Assembly: GCA_963514005.1 (NCBI GenBank)
Contig: CAUPSL010000619.1
Location: 1-64,000 of the forward strand
Length of the DNA: 64,000 bases
Source: Raja brachyura
Lineage: Eukaryota
Direction: 5' to 3'
Shown: piece after piece, positions 50,628 through 61,471 of the stretch
Layout: the number at the start of each line of letters is the position of its first letter
Position numbering within the stretch: the stretch's first letter is position 1
Made by a program: the position numbers and the translations under genes
The notes under the pieces: model-generated
Seen by the model: the letters and a program-made list of their open reading frames with translations, nothing else
Told to the model about the DNA's origin: nothing
Databases searched by the model: none

Positions 50628-53600
50628 GGTGTCCAGTTTGAACGAAGAGTCGAGGAGAAAATGTTTATAGTATGTTCACGCCACGTATCAGACATGGGAC
50701 TGGAAGCTCTGACCGGGCTCATTAAAGATAATCGGGGACAGTTCCCTGGTGTTGGATTGGTTGGTTTCGTGGAAATAGCTCCGCCTTCTAATTTCACACG
50801 TTCGTGCAATACCCGAGTTTCATTTTTTCTCTCTATCTCTTTCTCTGACTCTCTCTCGAACACGCACACTGTGTCCCTCTCTCACTCTTTTTCTCTCCCA
50901 TCACTCCCTTCGCTTCCCTCTCTCTCATTCTATGTGGAGCGTAAATTCCATTATCACACTATCTGTCCCCTTCTCACCATCTCCTCCTCTCTTTCCCTGC
51001 CAAAGTGCGAGGATGTGAGGAATGAAAAGTCAGTAAACTGTTAAGTAAGTTGGGAAAATTTAATTCATTTGCGTGGAATGGTTGATCTCGCGTATCTCGC
51101 CTTCTGTGTGTCTCTCTGGTCTCGACGCCCCTCAATAACCTCCCCTCCTCCTTTACTTTTGAATTTCTTTGGAGATTTACCGCGGTGTTCCCCGGGATAG
51201 CAGAACTCACTTGCGAGTGTTCAGCGTGTCAGTTTCCACACTTGCACAGACCGGTTATCTCCAATCGCAAAGCAAATCAGCGTTTCGCTAGTTGCAGAAA
51301 CTGGGTGACCAAACGATGGAAGTCACCATCGGAGTGCAACCTTCTCTTCACGCCCTTGTCTTCATGGGAAGCTACTAGCGAGATCCAAAGGAGAGGACAA
51401 TAGAAACAGACAACCGGATTGCAGCAACAATCATATACACGTTTTCTCATCCTACNNNNNNNNNNNNNNNNNNNNNNNNNNNNNNNNNNNNNNNNNNNNN
51501 NNNNNNNNNNNNNNNNNNNNNNNNNNNNNNNNNNNNNNNNNNNNNNNNNNNNNNNNNNNNNNNNNNNNNNNNNNNNNNNNNNNNNNNNNNNNNNNNNNNN
51601 NNNNNNNNNNNNNNNNNNNNNNNNNNNNNNNNNNNNGGCAATGTTTCTTACAGTTCGAATTAATTGCCAACTGTTCTTTCTCTGCCCCACGGGGAGGTGG
51701 AAGTCGGTTCTCTGGATACTCTCAAGAGAGAGCTAGATCGGGCTCTTAAAGAAAGCGAAGTCAGGGATTATGAGGAGAACGCCGGAACAGGGTACTGATT
51801 GGGGATGGCGGTTCTGGTTCGAAGGGCCGAATGGNNNNNNNNNNNNNNNNNNNNNNNNNNNNNNNNNNNNNNNNNNNNNNNNNNNNNNNNNNNNNNNNNN
51901 NNNNNNNNNNNNNNNNNNNNNNNNNNNNNNNNNNNNNNNNNNNNNNNNNNNNNNNNNNNNNNNNNNNNNNNNNNNNNNNNNNNNNNNNNNNNNNNNNNNN
52001 NNNNNNNNNNNNNNNNNNNNNNNNNNNNNNNNNNNNNNNNNNNNNNNNNNNNNNNNNNNNNNNNNNNNNNNNNNNNNNNNNNNNNNNNNNNNNNNNNNNN
52101 NNNNNNCATTCTCTCTCAGTCCCTCTCCTTTTCTCATGCTCAATATCTCTCATTCTCTCCTCTTATTCTCCTTACTTCCACTATCTCGTCTTCGTTCTCT
52201 CCTTCTCCACACCGCCCTTTCTATTTAACTGGATAATCTCTCTCTTTCTCTTTTATTTCTTGTATCAGTATCTCTGTTTCTCTATATGCATCGCCTTTCC
52301 CTGCAGCGCCATTCATGTTGCTGTCGGTGTCCATAAGCTACATTTGTCTGTCTGCCTCTCCCTTTCCTGGCTTTCGGTGATGCCCGCCCGCTTCCGACTG
52401 AGACCATAGAAGGGTAAAGGGCGTTTTGCAGATGCAACGATACATAGATACATAGTCTAGAGCCTCCCGAGGAAATACATATTTGGCTCAATTATATCAT
52501 GTCCCTATCAGGTGTGCCGTGTTCTCTTTATGTCATAGTGTTAAATATATTCCAATTAATAATCTCATACCACAGCTTTTATACATGCCCCAACAGAGCA
52601 ATAGAATCTGCTTGAGATGCGTGAAAAGAAGAAAGGGGAAATATTGGCTTTGGGTCTTCACCGAATCGTTGACCTCTTGCATCAGGTGTTGCCGGACCCG
52701 CTGAGTTCTTCGGGCAGTTTAATATGTTTGTCCTCCAGATTCTGGACTCGACTTGAAGCACGGGCGCCTGAGCCAGAGGAAGAAGTTTTGCAGCCTGTGA
52801 TTCTATACCTTGGGGGGCAGGAAGCCGGAGAGTGATCTTACAATGGTTTATAACACAATGGGAGGAATAGATGGGGTCATGCAGAGAGCCTTCACTCCCA
52901 ATGTAGGAGCAAAGAGAAGAAAAGGGTACATGGTTATACTCTTCTATTTAACATCTTCAAACGTTCTTAATGCGACCTGATCACATATCGATCTAATATT
53001 AATATAAGGATTTGATGATTCCTCGGGCATGCATCCCAATATCGCGAGGTCTCTCAAACATTCTTCCATAGCTCTGCATTTTCTGTGCTTTGAATAGGTT
53101 TCAATTTAGTTTAGAGACACAGCGCGGAAAAAACAGCCCTTCTGCCCATCGAGTCCATGCAGACCATCGATCACACGTTCGCATTAGCGAACGTTATCCC
53201 ACGTTGTCTTCCACTCCCTACACACCAGGGGCAATTTATATAGCCCAATAAACTTACAATCCCGCACGTCCTTGGGTTCATTGAGGAAACCGGAGCAACC
53301 GAGCGAAATCCACGCGCTCATAGGGATAACCTGCAAACTCCACACAGACGATATAGCAAGTCAGAATTGAAACCGGGTCCCTGGCGCAGTGAGGCTGCAG
53401 CACTTCCCACTGTGCCACTGTGCTGCCCTGTTTTGTTGGTTGATTATATTCTTACTGAGTTCAGAGGATTTTGAACCCTCCTTTCCAGAATCAATTGTTA
53501 AACGCATGTCGCGGAGTGGTGAGGTGGGAATAGGAGCCTTGTGGAGCAATATGGGGGGAAATCACGCCAGGGACTGCGAGGATAAAAGATGGTTCGTAGA

Positions 53601-53747
53601 CGGGAAAAGCAAAAAAAAAGGCCAGTCAACGAGAAGGAATAAATCCAAACCAAAAATGTAAAGTAGGTTGGAAGATGAAGCTCTGCGCTTCGTCTTTGAG
53701 GGTAATATTCGATGTTGGGGTGGAGTGTTTTTGGAAGATGGAAGAGA

Positions 53748-53825
53748 GCGCCCTCTGGTGAAGATTAGATCGAAATGACGGGAGAGAGTTTTTGTTCGGA
53801 TCAGCCGCTTCTCTGCCACAGTGTG
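53748..53825 (-). promoter_or_regulatory. 23-RSS of VC5 plus CTCF motif
   Basis: CACACTG-23-ACAAAAACT (53825-53787); 26-nt gap; CTCF core 53760-53748. Confidence 0.9.
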
Positions 53826-55157
53826 GGCCTCATGGCGCAGAGATACACGGCGGAATCGGAGATAAGGACGCCGGAGATACTTAAAGGTATCGAGCGATTC
53901 CCTTTGTGGTAAGCAGCAGAAAACCTCCCAGGCAAATCGCGAGCCCGATCTCCGGAGTTTGTACTAATTTTTTTCAGTAGATATTTCGGCGCTTGCCCAC
54001 CGTTCTGAATGTACCAGAAAGCGACATCGTGATTGTGAGATTTGGGGTAATTGCAATTAAGTATTACGGCCTGCCCCTCAACAACAGTGAGTTCAGGCGG
54101 ATATTGAGACATGGACTCTTCGCCGTAGCTTCCTGTATTAAAGTTAAAAAAAAACATGCGATGAAGCTGAAAGCCAGCAACAAATAATCAACAAATAACA
54201 TCGATCTGTACAGCACAGGAACAGAACTTCCTTCACAATATCGGTGCCGAGCATAATGCTAAAATAAACTAATCTCACTTGCTTGAACATAATCCCTATC
54301 CCTCCATTCCCTGCTTATCCACATTCTTGCTTTTGAGGGAGTACAGCGTAGGTTCACAAGGTTAATTCCCGGAATGGGAGGACTGTCATATGCTGAGAGA
54401 TGGAGCGGCTGGGCTTGTACACTCTGGAATTTAGAAGGATGAGACGGGATCTTACTGAAACATGTACGATTATTAAAGGTTTCGACATGCTAGAGGCAGG
54501 AAACATGCTCCCGATGTTGGAGGAGTCCCGAACCAGGGGCCAGTGTTTAAGAATAAGGGGTAAGCTATTTAGAACGGAGATGAGCTATTTAGAACTCACA
54601 CAGTGAGTCTATGGAATTCTCTCCCTCAGAGGGCGGTGGAGGCCGGTTCCCTGGATACTGTGAAGAGATAGCTAGATAGGGTTCTTGAAGATAGCAGAGT
54701 CAGTGGATAAAGGGAGAAGGCAGGAACGAGGTACTGATTGTGGAAGATCAGCCACGATCACATTGAACGGCGGTCCTGGCCCGAATAGCCGAATGGCCTA
54801 CTCCTGCACCTTTTGTATATTGTCTATTGTCATATGGTTACCTAATCATCTGGCAAACACAACTTTCATCTATGCCTGCATTGGCACGCCCTTCCATTGC
54901 AGTGTGTGCCAGGCACCCGTACCCCTTTCCCCGCACATCTCCTTTAAACATTGCCACTTTCACCTTAGAACTGCGCCCTCCAGACTTCGACACGTCGACC
55001 TTGGGAAGATGTGTTTTGACATTCTACCCTATATGTGCCTGCAACAATTTTGAAAACTTCTAATTTATGAGATTCTAGATGCACATACTGAGCGTTTAAA
55101 CGCAGACTTACTCGGCAGGACGAACGTTATTACGACCAAAGAACATGTAGACCACAT
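53826..55157 (-). CDS. TCR V segment VC5 (leader 55157-55112, V exon 54132-53826)
   Basis: V-domain protein identical to VC3; intact splice sites. Confidence 0.92.
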
Positions 55158-58100
55158 TGCAAACGGAGAAGAGTGAGTTGTTTTCAAGATCTCGCTGCCT
55201 CGCATCTGATATCGGAAGACAGGTCTTTAGGAGGCAATGTGGCATGCATGTGACGCCGGATTGGATGGGTTGTCATAATCCACGCAATGCGAGCCCGTTT
55301 ACTTAAGACACGCCCACCATAAGGTGAGGTGGGGGGGGGGGGGGGGGGGTACAGCGATACTCTTCAGATAATATAAAATTTCTATCGACTTTTCAACAGC
55401 ATTCTGTGGGTTTTGAGCATGAATTATTTTCACCGAGTACTGGAGTAATGCCTTTCGCCACGACTTGTCACAAGTGTATCATCAGGACGTCGGAGGCAAA
55501 CAAGGAGGAAATTTTACCCGGGAGACGAGCAGCTCAAAGATTGAGTGTAAGGGCCCAAAGTGCGAGGATGTGAGGAATGAAAAGTCAGTAAATTGTTAAG
55601 TAAGTTGGGGAAATGGAGTTCATTTGCGTGCAATGGTTGATCTATCTTCAGACAGTCTGAAGAAGGGTCTCGACTCACAACGTCACCAATTCCTTCGCTC
55701 CATAGATGCTGCCTCACCCGCTGATTTTCTCCAGCATTTCTGTCTTTCTTCGATTGTTTCAGCATCTGTAGTTCCTTCTTATACATTTTGAATACATATT
55801 GATCGGCATGGGTCTGTTGGGCATGTACGTCTCAATGCCTCCCTCTATTTATCTCCGTCTCTTTTGTGTCGCAATGTCATAGACGAAGCACATACGCCCG
55901 CATGCAAGCGGGTACGCGCGTCCATTGGAAAATTGGTGAACATCGGGAGGATTTTGGTGGACAGGCTTCAACGGAGCTTGTTTGCAACGCATTTGATGCA
56001 TGTTCAGAGGAGATCCCATCTCTGATCCCTTCGCCGAGTGAGTGGTTCTCAGGTGGAAAATGTGCGAGGCAAGCTTTTTACACAAAAAATGTGTGTACGT
56101 GGTACCAGGGGTGGTGGTGGAGGCAGATGTGATAGTAGCGTTTAGATGCTTTTAGAGACGCACATTAATATGCATATTAACATATCTTGCACGGAAGATG
56201 TGGGCCGAAGGGACCATTTCGACTTTTTTCAGCCCAAATTCCATTCTTACATCAAGGATACCATCCGTATTCCTTCTGAGAAGATTAAGAATCATTAACC
56301 TGTTGCAGGTTAGCCTGGGCTCCCATAAGTTATACAATCCGACCAGACCAGTTCTTCATTATACCCTTACTTATGAGTTTAAAACTATTGGTCCCATGGA
56401 TAAAAACATTGACCGTGCGTCGCCACCAGAGGGAGCACGAGCATGCCACCCGCGCCGATAGAAGAAAGTAAAGCATCAGACAAGGAAGTCGTTTCCTGTG
56501 ATCGGGATCTATCCCTCTAATAAGCAGAAGTTGACTGTATTTGGTATTGTTATTGGTTTATTATAGTCGTCAGTACCGCGATACGGTGGGAAACGTGATT
56601 TCGGGTCCTCCGCTGAAAAAAATCAAACCATATATTATACAACTATACTTAGTTTAGTGTTATGTAATGTCACGTGCCCCTAGCTGCAGTAGCGAGAGTT
56701 TTGCCTTGTTATTCAGTCAGCGGAAAGAATATACACGAGTACAATTCAGCTGGCAATGTACAGTGTACAGACGCAGGGTGAAGGGTACAACGTTTAATGC
56801 AATGTAAACCCCGGCAAAACTCCCATTACAGTTAATCCGAGGGGCTCCAACGAGGTAAATGGCACTACTGGCCACATCCTCCCATCTCCATCCCATTCTG
56901 CTTTCCTCGGAGACCATTCCCTCCGCAACGCCCTGGTCAACTCGCCCCATCCCACCCAAACCACACCCTCCCCAGGTACTTTGCCCTGCAACCGCAGGAG
57001 ATGCAACGCCTCCCCACTCGACTGCATCCAAGGAACCCGGCAGTCCTTGCAGGTGCGGCAGAGGTTCACTTCTACCTCCTTCAACCATTTCTGCTGTATC
57101 CGTTGTTCCAGGTGTTAATTGGCGAGACCATGCGCAGGCTTTGCGATTGTTTCGCTGAACACCTTCACTCAGTCCGCCTCAACTTACCTGATCTCCCGGT
57201 TATTCAGCACTTTAATTCCCCCGCCCATTCCCAGTCTGACTTTTTTGTCCTGGGCCTCCTCCATTGTCAGAGTGAGGTCCAGCGCGAAATGAAGGAACAG
57301 CACATCATATTTCGCCTGGGTAGCTTACGCTCCAGCGATATGAACATTGACTTCTCCAACTTCAAATAGCCCTTGCTTTCAATCTGTATCCACCCCCCCC
57401 CCCCCCCCCCCCGTCCCAGTTCTCCCACCAGTCTTACAGTCTCCGATTGCATTCTATCTCTGTCCCGCGCACTCCCCTGACATCAGTCTGAAGAAGGGTC
57501 TCGTCCCGAAACGTCACCCATTCCTTCTCTCCAGAGATGCAGCCTAACCCGCTAAGTTACTCCAGCGTTTTGTGTCTACCTTCGAGGTTAATGACAGCTC
57601 AGGACCGCTCTCTAGTTGGTGATATAATAGTTCAGTTGCGTGTGGTTGAAAAAGGCAAAGGAAAGAGAGTGAAGAATATAGTGTGAAACGATGAGCCGAA
57701 CGAGGTAGGTTTGAAGATCGAAAGTAAATCCTTGCCAAGTGAGAGAGGTAAATTAATGACATTTATAGCAGCGAAGAAGAAATTAAACTTGAAACTGGTG
57801 GTGGCTGCTTTTTGCTTGTGTTTCTTCCACCCGGCGGGAGAAGGACGAAGGGGAAATGACCGGCGTGTAAATTAATTTTGATTAGGTTAGCTGTTTCCCC
57901 CCAGACAATGTGGAGTGCAGATATAGTCAATGGGAGTGGCAGAATTGATGGGAGTCAATGAAAATGCGTGGAGCTGGAATAACACCGACAGAACAAAGGT
58001 CAAAGGTGGCTTTCAAAATCGGCACACTTGTTGTCATACCTAATATTTGTTGAATTTAGAATTGTGTAAGATTTAACAATTTCAGATTTTAAAGAACGTT

Positions 58101-58200
58101 CGGAGAATCGTGGTTCCACTCGTCCATGAAGGTTTAAATCACAACGTCTTTGGATGCCAGGAAACTGATATATCTGCTTACTTCCACGTGACCAGCGAGA

Positions 58201-58276
58201 GCGCCCTCTGGTGACATCTCGTCGGATGTCCTCCGCAGCTTTTTGTCCGAGTCCGCTGCTTCTCTGAGTCAGTGTG
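58201..58276 (-). promoter_or_regulatory. 23-RSS of VA6 plus CTCF motif
   Basis: CACACTG-23-ACAAAAAGC (58276-58238); CTCF core 58213-58201. Confidence 0.9.
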
Positions 58277-58706
58277 GGCTCCATGGCACAGAGATACACG
58301 GCAGAATCTGAGAGGAGAGCCCCCGCGATGTTCAAAGTCACCGTCCTACTCTCTTTGAGATAAGCGGCAGAAAACCTGGCTGGGAAATCAGGAGATCGTT
58401 GATCGAGCACTATGGTTAATTTCTTCATTATATATATCGGCGCTTCCCCTGGATGCTGGACGTACCAGAAAGCAGTATTGCCATCGTAATCTGCGGTAAA
58501 CGTGCAATTCAGCTCTACGGTCTGCCCTTGGTCTGTCGCCAGTTTCGGCGGTTTCTGAGACACGCCATCGTCGCCGCGGGCTCCTGCAAAAAAACACAAA
58601 ATTTTGAGCATTCCGGAGGTAAATCAAATCCTCGGCACGCAACGAAGATACTTTTTTGACTAGGCCCACCGGAAAACACAAGAATCAATATCAGCAGGAC
58701 ACACAT
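58277..58706 (-). CDS. TCR V segment VA6 (leader 58706-58670, V exon 58583-58277)
   Basis: Open frame; CDR1 TADYDGNT; most divergent CDR2 region, MKKLTIVLDQ. Confidence 0.93.
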
Positions 58707-60479
58707 GGCGTTGTTCGGGAGGCGGATAAGAGAATGTTTTCAACGCATGATGAAGGTTGGTGTCCTTTTGTTGCAGTTTGAGGGCGTCACCTGGCTCGCG
58801 ATTGGTCTCGCAGTTCACGTTGGTTGGGCAGGAATGTACGTTATATGCGTCATCTGAATCCAAATAGCGCCGGCGTGCTTCATGGGTGCTGAATGTAACG
58901 CGAAGGATCGGAAGCTGCTGTTCAGTACCTGCAACTCTGTAATAACGCGCAGGTAGAGATATTAGTTTAACATGGTATCATGCTTGACTTGGTCACTGTG
59001 GGCAGAAAGGCCTGTTCCTGTGCTGTATTCAGTTCAGTTTAGTATATTGTCACATGTAATGAGGTACAGAGAAAAGCTGTTGTTGCGTGCAAACCGGTCA
59101 GCGGAAAGACGACACATGTTTACAATCGAGCCATTTACAGTGTATATACACGTGCTAAGGGAATAACGTTTAGTACAGGGTAAAGCCAGTAAACTCCGAT
59201 CAAAGATAGTCCACCTGTTCTATGATTTTTTCTATGATCTATGTATTGTGTGTGCTTCCTCACCAATTAACTCCGGCGGGTCCTTCGTGACGATCGATCG
59301 GTATCAATTGCTCTCTCTGTGGCTCTTCTCTCTGCCAGGCTCAATCTGCACCTCTGTCACTCGATGCCATATACACATGCATTCAAAATGCTCTGTCGGT
59401 GCATACATAACTATATATACTCTCTCTGAAAGTATCCACCATTTCTCACTTTCTTTCCTTCGCTCCCTCCCTCACAGGTAGTCTGCAAATCCGCGTCGAC
59501 GGACCTCGATTTCGCTGTACGGTTGACATTGCTGTTGTTTTTCTTAGCCGCCGTCATTGCTTTCGTGAACCTGCAATTCCCGCACATAGCCGCATTAAAA
59601 CGTCGGGGTGGGGGTTGCTCAACTGGTCTTGTTCCTGTCTGCCGCAACCTCGATCTCCTTGCATGTGAAGGTATATTTAAGCCTTTAGACCAGAAACTTA
59701 CAGAGAAAAAGCACAGCTCGTGAGGATTAGAGGGGGGTCGGAGACGAGTAATGACCAGGAATAAAATCCGGACCGGCAACAAACGACACCAGGCAGGTGA
59801 TCTCGGCAGCCAATTATTGACTTGGGGAGATGTGTTGTCAAGAGTGGTAACTGTGGAAGTAGTGAAAAGACTAGTGTAGAGCATGGGACAAATGGGGAGG
59901 ACAGGGGCATTTTGTGTCTATATTTGATATAAACCGGCCTCTGCAGTTCTTTGTTACTTCTGATTGTACATAAACACTTTCAAACTTCGAACCGCAATAA
60001 AATGTACAACACTTGTGGCCCAGAGCAGGATGAAGTCTTCCCGTGGATTTTGAAGCAACAGCAACAATGAGAAGCAGGAGAAAGCACTGATTGGCTCTAG
60101 CCCAAGTGGGAGGAGAGTTCTCAGTGAGTCAGAGGGGGAAAGCAGTTGAAAAGGAGAGACAAAGCACAGGCAGACTTTACTCAGTCTTCCCGTGGATTTT
60201 GAAGCAACAGCAAGAAAGAGAAGCAGGAGAAAGCACTGATTGGCTCTAGCCAAAGTGGGAGGAGAGTTCTCAGTGAGTCAGAGGGGGAAAGCAGTTGAAA
60301 ACTGAGGAATTTGGTTTGTAAATTAGGCAATTGAACAGTCAATATAAGCAAGGCAGCTCTTGGGGAGCGGCAGTGAGGGAAGTGCCCTGTGAGTAAAGTG
60401 TGAGTCTTTGGCTCGACAGTCTTCGGAGAGGAGGCTGCGCAAAACACTGGATAGGGAGAGACCGAGGCAAAAGAAGGAG

Positions 60480-61406
60480 ATGTCAAGCAAGCTGATGCAG
60501 TGTGATGCTTGCAGTATGTGGGAGGTCAAGGACACTGCTGGTGCCTCTGGATGCTACAAATGTGAGAAGTGCATCTAGGTACAGCTCCTGAAGGACCGTG
60601 TTGGGGAACTGGAGAAACAAGTGGATGACCTCAGGTTCATCCGAGAAACTGAGTCGTTCCTCGACAAGTCCTTCAGTACGATTGTTACACCCAAGGCACT
60701 AGAAGAGAGAAGGTGGGTGACGGTGAGAAAGGGAGGAAAACATGGAATGCAAAGGTCCCCGGGTGTTGTACCTCTTGTGAACAGGTTCACCCACGTGGAA
60801 GCTGCCGGGACAGAAGACGGTATCTCACTGAGCGGCGGACTGGCTTGCAAAACAAAAAGGGCTGATGAGCCAAAACCAAAGAGGCCAAAGTCGGGCAACG
60901 CCATTGTAGTTGGAGACTCCATTGTGAGAGGTACGGACAGGGGTTTTTGCGGCATCAGACGGGATTCCAGGATGGTGTGCTGCCTTCCTGGTGCCAGGAT
61001 CCAGGATGTTACGGACAGAGTGCAGACAATCCTCAAGGGCGAAGGTGAAAAGCCGGAAGTGCTCGTGCACGTTGGCACAAATGATGTTGGAAAGAAGGGG
61101 ATGAATATTTTGCAGCGGGACTTCAGAGAGCTTGGAAAAATGCTGAAAAGCAGGACTTCCAGGGTTGTTATCTCCGGTTTGCTTCCAGTTCCTCGTGCTG
61201 GCGAGAGCAGGAACAGGGAGATACGGGACCTGAATGTGTGGCTGAGGAACTGGTGCAGGGGGCAGGGATTTAGATTCTTAGATCACTGGGATCTGTTTTG
61301 GAGTAAGGGGGAACTGTACAAAAGGGACGGATTGCATCTTAGCAGGTGGGGGACCAGCATTCTGGCCGGCAGGTTTGCCACTGCTACACGGATGGTTTTA
61401 AACTGA
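60480..61406 (+). pseudogene. CR1 ORF1 (Cys4 zinc-binding motif, coiled coil, SGNH-like esterase) with an in-frame stop
   Basis: MSSKLMQCDACSMW..YKCEKCI-TAG(60576-60578)-VQLLKDRVGELEKQV..IVVGDS..HVGTND..DGLHL, all in one frame. Confidence 0.8.
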
Positions 61407-61471
61407 ATAAGGGGGGTGGGGTGTCAAATGGGATAATCGAGAACGGAGTTAAAGGAAAAGAGAGTAAAGGG

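Larger units (their letters stand above)
1..59965. repeat. Tandem array of ~10.9-11.7 kb units (5 complete plus 1 partial), each containing VA, VB and VC TCR V genes
   Basis: The window's first bases (agatgctgcctc...) recur at 11267, 22984, 33930, 44852 and 55704, and the ORF track repeats with the same period. Unit 6 stops matching at 59965. Confidence 0.97.

Noticed and set aside
2490-58706. Immunoglobulin (IgH, IgL or IgNAR) cluster, or NAR-TCR assignment
   Set aside because: No D, J or C segments lie between the V genes as in shark Ig clusters. The FWY-Q-PG-AP and DSAVYLCAM-P motifs with 23-RSSs fit TCR alpha/delta V genes. Alpha versus delta cannot be decided here, so no gene symbols are given.
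59720-59740. ~340-bp deletion in unit 6 as a RAG-mediated germline event
   Set aside because: The junction joins G-rich microhomology (gattagagg/ggggtcgg) with no heptamer at either end; it looks like an ordinary deletion.
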